Source: an uncultured virus (IMG/VR IMGVR_UViG_3300029904_000008)
Taxonomy: Duplodnaviria > Heunggongvirae > Uroviricota > Caudoviricetes
IMG/VR virus record: IMGVR_UViG_3300029904_000008
Length of the DNA: 64,000 nt
Reading direction: 5' to 3' (one strand)
The position numbers and the translations under genes are program-made. This document shows, piece by piece, positions 45,401 to 55,800 of the stretch. The notes under the pieces are model-generated. The model was not told the DNA's origin. It saw nothing but the letters and a program-made list of their open reading frames with translations, and searched no databases. Positions within the stretch are counted from its first letter, which is position 1, and each line of letters opens with the position of its first letter.

Positions 45401-47465
45401 TAGTAAACCACTTATCTACAGTACCTAAATCTTCTTGGACTTTAACCCTTACAATACCATTAGAATCGGGATTACTTCCGAAAGTAAAATTGGAATTACC
45501 ATAAAGAGATAAATCAATCCTAACTGTACGAGATTGAGGATTACCTTGAGTATCATTTAGATTTAATACCGAAGGGTTTATAGAGGTAATTCTTACCAAA
45601 GTATATAGCCCAGTATCTTTATTCAGTATAAATACTCCAGTATATTTGCTTTCTAGTTGCAAATCTTTAGGATTAAGTGTACATATAAATTTATATGTAC
45701 CAAAATACTTCATATCTACCAAAGGTTGGTATTTAAGACCCCCTTCAGGGTATTTGTAGTATTTATTAGAAGTAATATCATATAAAGGAGTTCTATCATT
45801 TAATACCAACTCCATGGCCAAATTATAATCCTCCGTACCAGGATTTACTCCTTCGGGTTCTACGGTTATAGTTACTTCCCGGGCATCTTCCAGATTAGCT
45901 ATGGTTTGACTAGAGGGATTACACCGAACTAAATATCTAAATGTATCACTAATAACTCTAACATACCCATTATATAAAGGAGCTTCCTGTATAGCAATAT
46001 TATAATAACCTGATCTAAGATTGGTTATTTCTATATAACCGTCATAATCTGGATGGGTACCTATAGTTAAACCAGAAGGAGAGACCACTATAGAAGCATA
46101 AGTATCTATTATCCCCGAATTGGGAGTATACTCATGTTTTATAGCTTTAACAAATAGCCTATCCTTCATATTTATCACACTAGGAGAAAAAGTTTCATTA
46201 CCTTCGCTATCCTGAGATTTAATAGAAAACTCATACCTAATATTAGAATTAGGATCTACATCAATATTTACATTAGGATCCTTAGCTACCAAATAAATAT
46301 AAGCTACTTGAGAACTCCTCTCGGTTCCTTGTAGATATGCCTTTAATGATTGTAAATTAAGTATTTGATGTCTACCATTGAGATCCGATTTAGTAAGAAA
46401 ATTAACTACTCCATAGCTTTTATTAAGTCGAGGAGATAACTGGGATAAGTCTAATTTATCCCAAGAAAAATCCTGACCTTCTATGGCATAATAAACCCAA
46501 GTAGAAGTTTCTCCTTTAGGATCTTCACTAGACCATACCTCTACAAAATAAGTAAAATCCTTATCATCATAAGATACTGGAAATTTCAACTGATTATCAT
46601 TACCTTGAATCTGGGAAGAGAATAAAGCTGAGTTTCCATTAAGAGTATTAGTTGCCCTTATATAATATACAATACCACCATACAAAGGGTTATTTTGGCT
46701 ATCTAAAAACTTAACTATCGGATGAGCATTGAAAGGAATATATTTATTTATGAAATTAATTACGGCTTGCATGAAATTCTTACAAGCCTCAGAATTGGGT
46801 TCTCCAGTATACTTTATAGTAAAATAAACAGGTATACACTGGGAACAATAAGTGTCCCAGTCTAATTTCTGACCCTTGTCAAATAATAAATATTCTCCAT
46901 CTTTACCATCATCCATTATGGTTTCTCTAATAGTATGATCCTCTAATGTATCGTTACCTTGATAATCTGGGTCCAAAGGAGTTACTATGGATGTACACTC
47001 TATACCATAGAATCTAAACAAAGTTTCGAAAAATACTTTAGATCCTCTGCATTTAATCAAAGATATAGCATATTTAAGAATCCTTCTTTTATCCTCTAAA
47101 GTTAGATTAGGTAAAGGGTTATTCCTATTGGTAGGGATCCAATTCGATTTCTTTTGATTATATTGGTCCTTACTATCGAATCCATTATAATACTGAGCCC
47201 ATTTAGTAAAATCTATAAATTCTCCTTCTGCAAAAGGTATACATCCGAACCATTCCCAAAAATACTGTAGGAAATGTTCTGGGCATTGCTCTACATCCAA
47301 ATTATCTAGTAAGGATTCAGTATCCAGGGTTACTTGATCATCAAAATAACTTCCACAGATTTCTAAGAAACGTTCTAATATACCCTTACCATTGCTATCT
47401 TTATAGGTATCTGCTTCTTTAAAATAATAAGGAAGTAGATCTATTAGTCTCTTTAAATCCATCAT
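42456..47465 (-). CDS. Baseplate wedge (P2 gpI-like N-terminus) with a long beta-rich extension
   Basis: LLPYYFKEAD...ILERFLEI...LIKCRGS follows baseplate J; repeated GxYxF motifs. Confidence 0.7.
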   Translation of the reverse strand: MMDLKRLIDLLPYYFKEADTYKDSNGKGILERFLEICGSYFDDQVTLDTESLLDNLDVEQCPEHFLQYFWEWFGCIPFAEGEFIDFTKWAQYYNGFDSKDQYNQKKSNWIPTNRNNPLPNLTLEDKRRILKYAISLIKCRGSKVFFETLFRFYGIECTSIVTPLDPDYQGNDTLEDHTIRETIMDDGKDGEYLLFDKGQKLDWDTYCSQCIPVYFTIKYTGEPNSEACKNFMQAVINFINKYIPFNAHPIVKFLDSQNNPLYGGIVYYIRATNTLNGNSALFSSQIQGNDNQLKFPVSYDDKDFTYFVEVWSSEDPKGETSTWVYYAIEGQDFSWDKLDLSQLSPRLNKSYGVVNFLTKSDLNGRHQILNLQSLKAYLQGTERSSQVAYIYLVAKDPNVNIDVDPNSNIRYEFSIKSQDSEGNETFSPSVINMKDRLFVKAIKHEYTPNSGIIDTYASIVVSPSGLTIGTHPDYDGYIEITNLRSGYYNIAIQEAPLYNGYVRVISDTFRYLVRCNPSSQTIANLEDAREVTITVEPEGVNPGTEDYNLAMELVLNDRTPLYDITSNKYYKYPEGGLKYQPLVDMKYFGTYKFICTLNPKDLQLESKYTGVFILNKDTGLYTLVRITSINPSVLNLNDTQGNPQSRTVRIDLSLYGNSNFTFGSNPDSNGIVRVKVQEDLGTVDKWFTKYASNKISEDTYEFRDRVIRISDTKAYMELEIPYVTLDDSHEGLPCTGALTFQYSFPLVGGVSPGSSNEVTCRVSYSYIVPPAVDYISIVPQNPEDTNWKVFDNESMGIIWDNYYPNENPDGSYKPCLGQAIYSKKSENSICRFTIDGLNSITYSFEPEYSEDHGFVDEVIEDTSEIISLDKPGKYTFGDPEGIWKADPEDTSESYKPMIIMVKDYEVTPSMLCSPTQKIISDNELYETAKVDRVTLTLNPDNPRANHQIAIFKVKESSRTSSGDYVVTSVEKLIGIFEAESLASGYTFNETGDFVFAWVGNFQNQDGNYTTSDWALAKDDWKEGVNFCVFSFKHQSDFITGIQVNPTQDYINTTKKTASTRVVLIGNDGKELTGSNLIKCTWVESVAGGGDVSREETYDSPCKFETDSIGTYTFSYVYKNSIKGVFEVTDVSPNIKGINILEPGISAEAPYIGPHSLSIQILDDTGKNISNDPQVTSDYLLSFLVVSINNEPLSSSGFRLERNTDYWTITFINDITWNDDGTILIGIDKGSYDEWVYTRIDPVVPSSIEISNIQEESGNNYIPGRWSCKFRIKKSDGTYMTYNEWDSLGSDKGILYIKEKEIPYGNSVPSEGTYDNFTIRSSEDPEYGTLYFNLKESPSSIYWEWSNIRSNTLNAQGEPKPNPDDYLVVGTCINEEPLQWLLGQWAWSEGYAEGSSYYTGVFGLALFRDGGSYSKEIVPNGEIVISNIYPNDQKVLFQTSDGTRVFHEKDTITTPTNGILVCIVKVGSPEESLPPYISFDLYPKNNPNKVLSCRVDKRGSQVIHHITKVEVNYAFDRSLLNDQFTEIAYKIGPTWALTLEGLNSGAIGKFIETKQDTINEGRVTQAYNVNWDIPESSDMCIYMRSNDPNICVNPGLIAKGSYQGTGVEAYIENLAGDRIDTLRLSEGINTGSNTSLSAFNNRDNKFPLHPEDIVSGETLHIEFNLWLSNS

Positions 47466-49159
47466 AGGGTTTCAGTTATATTTAAAGTTATTAAATCCTC
47501 ATCTATTATGGGTAAGTTAAACCCAGGGTCTTGATTAGTGGCATTACCTAAAGTTATATACATAGAATACCTACTACCAGCATCTATATTATCATTAGGA
47601 TCTAAACTAAGATCAAAAGAATTCCCATTAAAAGTATCATTTACTACTATCTGGAAATTATCGGTTTGAATACTTTCAAATCCTCCCTTTTTAGCATATA
47701 CATTCCATCCATCCGTAGTTTTTACAAAGATGTACTCTTGGGGAATATTACATTGGGTTAAACCATAATTTATAATGGTTAAACTTTTGCCTCCATTAAG
47801 TATCTTTGGCCAAGGTACTAAGTAAAATTGGGTAATATCAAGGTAATCTACTGACTCCAATCCATCTATCAGTGCATAGATATCAGATAATCTTATGGCC
47901 TCGTTTATTTTAGTATTTCCTGCAGAGTATCGATTATTTAAAGTTTCTATTACCTGATCATGGATGTAATCCCTTTTAAAGGATTTTTTACCTACAATGT
48001 CCATAGCTAAGGTAATAGGTGTTATACCTACTGGCTTCACATCTAACCAAGTAGTTAAGGGACAATGTTGATTTATATACTGCTTTACCTCTTCACATAA
48101 ATCTTTAGGAGCAACTTCCCCTTCTGGAGTAGCAATATAAATATTAAGTTTTCTACCACATTCGTATTCTACAGCAGCTTGACCAACTCCTGGACGTGTT
48201 AAAGCTAAATCCCTAAAATCTTCCTTGGAGATAGCTACATCCAAAGTTTTTATACTATTAGTAATACGAGTTTTAAGGGTATCAAAATCCTCATAATCTG
48301 ACCCAGAAGTGGATGGTTGTGTATTATTTACTCGTATATCAGAACTATTAGGCCAAATGCCCTGGATTCCGTTTTTACTAATAGCTCCACTTGCTCCTTT
48401 AGTTACATAGAAATTTAAAGTAATAGGGTTACCTCCAGAAGAAGGTTTATACCCATTTACTCCATCTCCAAATACAATAATAAGTTTATTACTGTTAGAA
48501 GCATTAGATATTTCTACAATAAAATGTTTATCCTCAGGAGAAGATTTAGCAAAAGTTTCTACCAATCCATATTCCTCATCCCCGATCCTCAATTGCATTG
48601 TACCTTCTTCATATAACTCCCCATTAGGTACTGTATCTACTACTATATATCTACCATCTATTAAGTTATCTGTAGAATAAGAGGTATCCACTATAGATCG
48701 ATGTTGAATAAGTGTTATACTTTTTTGGGAAGAATTCTGAGGCCAAAAATAATCCCGAGAAGGTTGCCAATTATTGCCATTAGAATCTTTTATATTTTCA
48801 CTAGAATTAATATTGATACCTACTCCGGTATTCTGGCGTGAGAGTCTAATAGTTACTCTTGGAGCAAAAGCCCCTTTTAGGTGATAATCTACCAATTTAG
48901 CATGCTTAAGCAGAGATTCATATTTCCTTGCTGAAGGTAAGAAAGTTTCCCTTGCAACATTATCAATATAAAAATGTAATACCTCAGCTATTGCTGAAAA
49001 CATGGAAATGATTAATACCAGGATATTACCTTCGGATTTATCAGTTATTAGAGGTTTACCTTCACCATCGGTTATAGTATCCAAAGTATTAAGTAATTTT
49101 CCCTTGATAGCATCAAAGGATCTTCGGTAGGGTTCCAACCATTTATTTAAAGATGCCAT
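47462..49159 (-). CDS. Baseplate J / T4 gp6-like wedge protein
   Basis: LHFYIDNVARETFL..AR, FGDGVNG.KP, GSDYED and AISKEDF. Confidence 0.9.
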   Translation of the reverse strand: MASLNKWLEPYRRSFDAIKGKLLNTLDTITDGEGKPLITDKSEGNILVLIISMFSAIAEVLHFYIDNVARETFLPSARKYESLLKHAKLVDYHLKGAFAPRVTIRLSRQNTGVGININSSENIKDSNGNNWQPSRDYFWPQNSSQKSITLIQHRSIVDTSYSTDNLIDGRYIVVDTVPNGELYEEGTMQLRIGDEEYGLVETFAKSSPEDKHFIVEISNASNSNKLIIVFGDGVNGYKPSSGGNPITLNFYVTKGASGAISKNGIQGIWPNSSDIRVNNTQPSTSGSDYEDFDTLKTRITNSIKTLDVAISKEDFRDLALTRPGVGQAAVEYECGRKLNIYIATPEGEVAPKDLCEEVKQYINQHCPLTTWLDVKPVGITPITLAMDIVGKKSFKRDYIHDQVIETLNNRYSAGNTKINEAIRLSDIYALIDGLESVDYLDITQFYLVPWPKILNGGKSLTIINYGLTQCNIPQEYIFVKTTDGWNVYAKKGGFESIQTDNFQIVVNDTFNGNSFDLSLDPNDNIDAGSRYSMYITLGNATNQDPGFNLPIIDEDLITLNITETL

Positions 49160-49163
49160 AGTT

Positions 49164-49574
49164 TTAGATGTCTTTAGTTAAGTCCTTAAATTCTATTTGA
49201 ATTGAGTCGTAGTTAGTATCAAGCTTATAAGTTATTTCAAGATAGATCTTGGAACCAACCATATAACCTTTTACCTTAGAGAATGTTATTCGAGGTTCAT
49301 ATAACTCTATAGAATCCCGAATAAACTGATTTACCAGATATAACAACAAGGGTACTGCAGGCTCTTCTAGGCATTCCCAAATCCTTGTACCATAATATTC
49401 CTGACGGAATCTTTGTCCTATTTGATATTCTACCAGAGTTTTGAGATTATGCTTAATAAGATTGGGATCCCCCATTACAGGATACCAACCTATTTTCCCC
49501 TGACTGTTTTCTGATAGGATTATGGGGAATAAAGCTCCCCTTCCTATTATTAAGTCGTTTCTTGAGTAAGTCAT
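49164..49574 (-). CDS. gp25/GPW-like baseplate protein
   Basis: IGQRF...YGT...EP...YEPRI. Confidence 0.85.
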   Translation of the reverse strand: MTYSRNDLIIGRGALFPIILSENSQGKIGWYPVMGDPNLIKHNLKTLVEYQIGQRFRQEYYGTRIWECLEEPAVPLLLYLVNQFIRDSIELYEPRITFSKVKGYMVGSKIYLEITYKLDTNYDSIQIEFKDLTKDI

Positions 49575-50296
49575 TATTGTAAGATTTTAGTGTTTTCATA
49601 ATCATCCTTATTAAATTGGGTTATTGGTTGAGAACATGGAGAAGTAGTTATCGAAGTAATACCTCCCCCAGGTTGAACTCCTGGGTGTGTATGGGAATTG
49701 AATAATATTCTAAGTCTCTCAACTTCTTGTACCAATTTATTAAGCTTTTCGGTTAATTCCTTAATTTTAACCATACCAGCATTAGAACCTTGGTTAAAAA
49801 TAATGGTACCATCACTTCGGATGTTAATATCTCCATGAGTATATACATGAAATTCTCCAGTATAATCATTCATCCAAAAATGATTACCTCCCTGAGTAAA
49901 TAATCCAAAAGCATTATTATCTCTCAATTGTGGTGGTACCTCCTCCTCGAATCTGATGAAAGATTTATGAATCCAAAAAGGGTTCATAACATTCCCCATC
50001 CTAAATATCACATATACTTCATCATCTACCATAGGAGTAGGGTACTTACAACAAAAATGATTACCTATCATATCCATACCAGGAGCAGCCCATACAACTA
50101 CTCCTTGTTGAACTTCAGGAACAATCACCTCCAAACAATGCCTATTAGTGGGATCAACATTATTCTTAACTATACCCGGGTAAAAGGAATAATACCTACC
50201 CATATTCTCCAAGCCATTTTCACTTATAGCGGTTAAAGCACTTCCCATAATTACCTCCTTACCATATTTAGCGTAGTAATATATCCGGTTTGACAA
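49574..50296 (-). CDS. Baseplate spike (gpV/gp5 OB-fold)
   Basis: YPGIV..NVDP...VPEV...P...DEV.V.F..G...P and C-terminal SHTH. Confidence 0.85.
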   Translation of the reverse strand: MSNRIYYYAKYGKEVIMGSALTAISENGLENMGRYYSFYPGIVKNNVDPTNRHCLEVIVPEVQQGVVVWAAPGMDMIGNHFCCKYPTPMVDDEVYVIFRMGNVMNPFWIHKSFIRFEEEVPPQLRDNNAFGLFTQGGNHFWMNDYTGEFHVYTHGDINIRSDGTIIFNQGSNAGMVKIKELTEKLNKLVQEVERLRILFNSHTHPGVQPGGGITSITTSPCSQPITQFNKDDYENTKILQ

Positions 50297-51837
50297 TTGA
50301 ACTTATGTTCACATTGCTTTATATACCATTTACCACTATAATTACGACCAACATTGTAAAGCTCTATATATCTAGCAGCAACTAAGCTTGGCCTACCCAC
50401 CACTTCTAGTATAGCCGTTAATTCCTTTTCTCTACCTTTCTTGAGGAAATTTTCAATAGCTTGAATCCTTCGATTCATCGCCTTATTCTGAGCTTGTAGA
50501 GTGAGTATCTGTTGAACTTGGCCTAATAGAGAATCATTAGTTATGGCTGATTCCAAGAAATAATCCGCAGTAGTAGTTCTTAGTTTACCATCATCATAAG
50601 GAACAAGGGCAGCTACATACCAACCATTTTCTCCCCATATACCTGATTTACCTTGAACTGATTCGGTTCCCATTACAAAGGTTCTTTCACCTCTTCCAGG
50701 AATATTAGCTCTACCAGAAAAAGAAGTATAGGGAACATAGCCCATACTTTCTACTTCTTTTTCCCAATCAGCAAGATTTTGAACCTTTACAAATTTAGTT
50801 CTATAGGATCCCATTTGAGCCATTTCATCATTAAACTTCATCTGTACCTGTATAGATTTAAAATCTATCTTAGGCCCATCCAGATTATCGTTAAATATCT
50901 CCATAGCAGCTTCACTGAGATTATTAGTCTTGAGTTGATCACTGGCAACCAATTCACTAGCTTTATGTAAAGAGCTTTCCCATAACTCTGTAGCTTGAGG
51001 GTAGGTTAAAGAAGAATCTGGATTTTGCTTTTTATATATACTAAATATCTCAATAAAAGCCCTGTAAGGATCCATACCAGAGACTTTTATATAAGCATTA
51101 GCATCAGCTTGGCTTCTGGTTTTAGGGCTTGATAGGGAAGCAGATTTATTGTAATTACCTGGGAATTCTGCTACCCTTTTATTAAACTCATTCTTTTCTA
51201 CAGCTTTACGGTATTCTTCCCGTTGTTTTTCTAATCGCTTATTCTGAGCTTGCATAGAAGCAGCAGAAGGATTATTCTTTTCAGATATATTATTTACAGC
51301 AGTAGAAACATTAAGATGTACATTACGGGGTGTTAATTCCCCCTCTTTAACTGTGATTCTGTCATTCTTAATAATCCAGTTAGGAGTTTTTTTAGGGTCT
51401 CCACCTTTAATACGTTCCAGGATACCTTCCAAAGGATTATAAGCAGTACTTTTTACTACTCTGGCTTTTCCTTGAAATTTATCCTGTAAACTAAAGCTTG
51501 CACTTAATACTTCCCCATGTTCTTGATAGTAGGTATACTTATGGATTATGGGATCTGTCCAATTCCTATTATGTATAAAGAGTATACCATTTACTAAATC
51601 TATAAACCATGGGCCACCAGCAACGGTTTTAAAAAAATTCTTTAATTGGATAAGTATTGTATTACCAGGTAATTGCTTAGTATTCTCTAGCATTTCCCTT
51701 AAATCACTATCCAAATTATCTACCTTCTCTAATCCTCCTAAACCATTACAATATAAAGTAGTACCAGTACTACCCAACAAATCCATATTAATCCTAACCG
51801 GGGATTGGTATACGGGGTTATCAATTAACTTAGTCAT
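50251..51837 (-). CDS. Baseplate hub (gpD/gp27-like), C-terminal portion
   Basis: VVGRPSL...IEL.NVG..YSGKWYI....H.F....GY.T.L. Confidence 0.75.
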   Translation of the reverse strand: MTKLIDNPVYQSPVRINMDLLGSTGTTLYCNGLGGLEKVDNLDSDLREMLENTKQLPGNTILIQLKNFFKTVAGGPWFIDLVNGILFIHNRNWTDPIIHKYTYYQEHGEVLSASFSLQDKFQGKARVVKSTAYNPLEGILERIKGGDPKKTPNWIIKNDRITVKEGELTPRNVHLNVSTAVNNISEKNNPSAASMQAQNKRLEKQREEYRKAVEKNEFNKRVAEFPGNYNKSASLSSPKTRSQADANAYIKVSGMDPYRAFIEIFSIYKKQNPDSSLTYPQATELWESSLHKASELVASDQLKTNNLSEAAMEIFNDNLDGPKIDFKSIQVQMKFNDEMAQMGSYRTKFVKVQNLADWEKEVESMGYVPYTSFSGRANIPGRGERTFVMGTESVQGKSGIWGENGWYVAALVPYDDGKLRTTTADYFLESAITNDSLLGQVQQILTLQAQNKAMNRRIQAIENFLKKGREKELTAILEVVGRPSLVAARYIELYNVGRNYSGKWYIKQCEHKFNCQTGYITTLNMVRR

Positions 51838-52363
51838 CGGCAGGTTCTGAAAAATGTTTTATTACTATCGGAATATTAATACCACAGCCGTTATTCAGGA
51901 ATTCTTTTAAATTACCCTGAGCCGAAGTAAAAGGTGCAAGAGCTCTTAAATCTAAGCCCACCTCTATCCCTATTATACTTAAATGCACTCCAGTAGCGTC
52001 AAACCGAGGATCTACTTGATGTATTTTAGTTCCTAATATAGGTCCACAAACATAGGATCCATTTGGGTAAATATAACCATACTGAAAATATATTAAACTA
52101 CCCACTTGTAATACATCCAAATCTACGGCTAAAGAATCTCCAGTATCAAACTGAAACCTTACTTGATTACCTAAATCCTCTTCGGTACTCCTTTCCTGGA
52201 ATACCATCTTAAAATCAGTAATATAAGCTCCAAGATATATCCCTGTAGAGGGGTTCATTATAGGATTAAAAGCAAAATCAAATAAAGATACGAATGGAGT
52301 TCCCGTACCTTTCATTAGTATGGGAGACTCTGTAGTATCAGATACTTTAGGATTATATGACAT
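51830..52363 (-). CDS. Baseplate hub N-terminal-like protein
   Basis: Position in the module and an LQVGSLIYFQYGY...F...G..LSI pattern. Confidence 0.55.
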   Translation of the reverse strand: MSYNPKVSDTTESPILMKGTGTPFVSLFDFAFNPIMNPSTGIYLGAYITDFKMVFQERSTEEDLGNQVRFQFDTGDSLAVDLDVLQVGSLIYFQYGYIYPNGSYVCGPILGTKIHQVDPRFDATGVHLSIIGIEVGLDLRALAPFTSAQGNLKEFLNNGCGINIPIVIKHFSEPADD

Positions 52364-52637
52364 AATTAGTAGGTATTAAAAGTATCATACCAGGTTCTAA
52401 CTCTTTAAAGGGATTCAGAATATTATTAGCTTCAGCTATGATATACCATAATCCAGAATCTCCATATCTAAAAGCAGCTATACCCTGTAAGGTTTCTCCT
52501 TCCCTTAGAGTATGTAATTCACAACTGCTCTTATCAATGTAAGGGGGATTATAAGTCCGTATAAGTATACCCTCATCATCTATAAGGCTAGAATTATCAA
52601 AAGGACTTCTAGTGAAGTTATTTATATCGAGTTTCAT
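52353..52637 (-). CDS. LysM-domain baseplate protein (gpX/gp53-like)
   Basis: HTLREGETLQGIA..YGDSGLWYIIAEAN.I.NP...L.PG..L.IP. Confidence 0.9.
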   Translation of the reverse strand: MKLDINNFTRSPFDNSSLIDDEGILIRTYNPPYIDKSSCELHTLREGETLQGIAAFRYGDSGLWYIIAEANNILNPFKELEPGMILLIPTNYVI

Positions 52638-52640
52638 AGG

Positions 52641-53744
52641 CTAACTAAGTTGTATAGGTGTATTAGATACTAAGGGTATAATAGCTGGATAATTATTCTC
52701 CATCTGATCTACCCGTTTTACGGATTCCTGATAATTATTGGTTTTTACTCCAGAAGTATGTTGAACCTTCTCATTAGGTATAATATCTTCCCAAGTAGGA
52801 TTAGTATCCATTACTCGTTTGAATACCAAAGATTGTCGAGCGATTACTGGATAATATTTAACCTGAGAACCTAACTCATCCCTATTGGAAGGATATTTAC
52901 CCGGATCTTCATATTGGAATACTCCAAAATGAGTTAACTCATATGATGCCGAATATAAGATAAAGTACTGACCATCAAAAGGACCATCTCCATCTCCTAA
53001 TACGATTTGTAATAAAGGAGGGCTGTTAAGATACCCATTAGCCTTACTCCAAGACTCTAATATCCTACACTTATTCAATACATCATCGGCATACTGTTTA
53101 TTATCCTGATACCAAGAGATATTTATTTCGATGGTATCCTCAGCTCCAGTATAGTGATACATAGGAAGATTCCTTCCCATAGATCTGATAGTAGCCCAAT
53201 TAGTTTGAGGATTTACTTTGATATTACTTGGCCTAGTTTGGAACTCCACATATTTATAGGGCTCCTCCATGGTATTAAGGATATAAGCCTTTACAAAGGG
53301 TTTCTTTCTCTTAGGCGTAATGTCTAGAGGTTTAGTACCATCTGAGGATTCTTCGGTAATCTTAAGTTTGGGTATACTTAAAGGAGTATATATACTTTCT
53401 ACTAAAAAGCTATCTCGGGCTTTTTGCTGGGTTTCTCTTATAACCTGGTTACCCACGGTAGACATCGTCATGATACCAGATTTATAAGTTCTCCCTGCAC
53501 TACTTACCAGAGGTGTTTGAGTATGAGGTATAAGGTTCGGTTCTATTATATCATTAATGGTAGGTGTTGCCTTTGGTTTAAGGGCATTCCTTACCAACCG
53601 GTCTCGGATAATTTTATTTCTCCACTTAGTACTAGGCATTACTCCTCCCATAAGGGCTAGACTAGCCGTAGTACTTAAGGCAGAACCAATAATACTACTA
53701 GTAACGGTAGTATTATTTACTAAGTTAGTTACAAGAGTTGCCAT
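52641..53744 (-). CDS. Tail tube initiator
   Basis: FQTRP...W.....GRNLP.YHYTG.EDTI; lies between the tape measure and LysM genes. Confidence 0.7.
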   Translation of the reverse strand: MATLVTNLVNNTTVTSSIIGSALSTTASLALMGGVMPSTKWRNKIIRDRLVRNALKPKATPTINDIIEPNLIPHTQTPLVSSAGRTYKSGIMTMSTVGNQVIRETQQKARDSFLVESIYTPLSIPKLKITEESSDGTKPLDITPKRKKPFVKAYILNTMEEPYKYVEFQTRPSNIKVNPQTNWATIRSMGRNLPMYHYTGAEDTIEINISWYQDNKQYADDVLNKCRILESWSKANGYLNSPPLLQIVLGDGDGPFDGQYFILYSASYELTHFGVFQYEDPGKYPSNRDELGSQVKYYPVIARQSLVFKRVMDTNPTWEDIIPNEKVQHTSGVKTNNYQESVKRVDQMENNYPAIIPLVSNTPIQLS

Positions 53745-53760
53745 AATAATGTTCTTTAAA

Positions 53761-55800
53761 TTAATCTAATAAACCTCCTATACCATCATCATACTCTACA
53801 TTAGATATACCAGGAGGTATAGGACCATATTTCCTACCGTTAATGAGAAGGTTTACCTCATAATTAGGATTGAGAGCATTTGCCATAGCTTTACCATAAC
53901 CGTATATACGACCATTAATAGCAGTTCTATAAGGATCATTATTAGCATAAAAGCTAGCCATATTAGAGTAACCATTCTTGATGTAATAATCATCAGCGGT
54001 GTTTTTAGCAGTTTCATTTGAGGAATCCACAAGTGAATTTATACCAGATAATATCAAGGGTAAGAAAGTAGTAATGGCTAATGTCCAAGGTCCACCAAGG
54101 AATCCCAATAACCTTGAGCCTATAGTAGCAAGAGGTACACTTGCTACTACTCCAGTAGCAGCTCCAGCTGCAGCAGTTCCAGTAGCTCTAGCCGCATTAC
54201 TTGCCGCAGTACCAGCAACTCCTGCCATCATGGTACCAGCTAATACATCTCCCATCTTGGTATTCCAATTTCCTCGGATTACTCCCTTAGAATCTCTGAG
54301 TGTTACTCTACCATTTCTACCTAATACTGGAGTTAATCCATTCATTCTCATTTGTAGGTAAACCATTTGTCCCATCATTCTAAGGATGGTAACTAAATGA
54401 CCTTCTAGAACCTGGTAAGAAGATATGGTAGATCTTACTGCATTATTAGTAGCTACATTCTGGTTAGTTACCATTTGTGATAATCCCCTGATAGCTATTA
54501 AGGTAGTTCTTACTACCTGAAATGCTCCTCTTATGAGATTCACTGCAGCTAATAAAGCAAACCATTGTACCACATAAGTAGTTATGGGATTCTTTCCTCC
54601 TTGGAATAAATTAACTAATCCCTGAAGAACATTAGATACCATTCTTATCATGGGTACCCAGGGAGCAAAGGCCTGACCCACTACTACTATTAAGTTCTCC
54701 CAAGTAGAAGATAACTCGTCCAAGGCTCCAGCAGAAGTATTAAGATATTCCAAAGTTTTTTGATGAACTACTCCCTGATTTTGATCATACCTTTCCATAA
54801 TCCTATCAAAGGTTTTACCTCCCTGGGAAATAGTTCGGAACATATCTGTATACATAGCTACGGTAGCACGAGTTGCTCGAACCTGCATTACATCAGCCAA
54901 GAAAGCAATCTGTTGATCACCGGTCATCTTTTTCATTACACTTGCCAATACATTCATTGTATTCTTAAGGCTCTTTAATCGGCCTTCAGAATTAAGAAGC
55001 ATGTCAGGTGTAATACCCCAGCTTTGTAATGCCTTGTATCCTTTATCTCTATACCCAGATACTGACTGCATCAAGTAGTTAAACATATTTCCTAATGCCA
55101 CACCGGCACGGGTACCCTGTATACCTTGGTTACCCATGACACCAATAGCAGCAGCAGTTTCTCTAAGAGATATACCAGCTACATTAGCATAAGATCCTGC
55201 ATAAGTTATGGATTGAGCTAAGTCATCCAAACTCATATTGGCATTAGTTACAGCAGTATAAAGGTCATCGGTTACTGAAGCAGCTTTTGATGATTCTATA
55301 CCATAAGTTGCCATGATATTAGTCATCATATCTGCTACTCCACCCTTACCTCCAATCTGAGTTCCCAGGATAGATCCCAACTCAGCAGCAGGTTGCAACA
55401 TATCCTGTACTTGCTTGGCATTATTACCAGCCATTGCTAAATATCTCTCAGCAGAAGCTGCCTCCATTGCTGAGATAGGAGTTAATCGGTTGACATCAAA
55501 TGCCTTTTGAAGAAGCTGAGTTTGTTCCTCTGCAGATGCTCCAGCAACTTGACCAGCCCTCCATACTTCACCAGTTACCCTAGCAGAGTATTCGAAAGCT
55601 TGACCAAGTCCTCTAAGGATGCTTGCAGAAACTCCCATCATCACTCCAGATCCCTCATTTACAGCCCTCTGATAAACATTTGCTTCGTTCATCAGATTCC
55701 TAAAACTCTGGGATACCTTACCAGCTTCTGTAGAGAATCTATCTTGTAGTGTTATGGCAACTCCTACATCCACAACACTAGAACCCATTCCTAATGCCAT
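53761..55800 (-). CDS. Tape measure protein
   Basis: TP901-like core (YLAMAG...MGNQGIQGTRAGVAL) and FLGGPW. Confidence 0.9.
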   Translation of the reverse strand: MALGMGSSVVDVGVAITLQDRFSTEAGKVSQSFRNLMNEANVYQRAVNEGSGVMMGVSASILRGLGQAFEYSARVTGEVWRAGQVAGASAEEQTQLLQKAFDVNRLTPISAMEAASAERYLAMAGNNAKQVQDMLQPAAELGSILGTQIGGKGGVADMMTNIMATYGIESSKAASVTDDLYTAVTNANMSLDDLAQSITYAGSYANVAGISLRETAAAIGVMGNQGIQGTRAGVALGNMFNYLMQSVSGYRDKGYKALQSWGITPDMLLNSEGRLKSLKNTMNVLASVMKKMTGDQQIAFLADVMQVRATRATVAMYTDMFRTISQGGKTFDRIMERYDQNQGVVHQKTLEYLNTSAGALDELSSTWENLIVVVGQAFAPWVPMIRMVSNVLQGLVNLFQGGKNPITTYVVQWFALLAAVNLIRGAFQVVRTTLIAIRGLSQMVTNQNVATNNAVRSTISSYQVLEGHLVTILRMMGQMVYLQMRMNGLTPVLGRNGRVTLRDSKGVIRGNWNTKMGDVLAGTMMAGVAGTAASNAARATGTAAAGAATGVVASVPLATIGSRLLGFLGGPWTLAITTFLPLILSGINSLVDSSNETAKNTADDYYIKNGYSNMASFYANNDPYRTAINGRIYGYGKAMANALNPNYEVNLLINGRKYGPIPPGISNVEYDDGIGGLLD

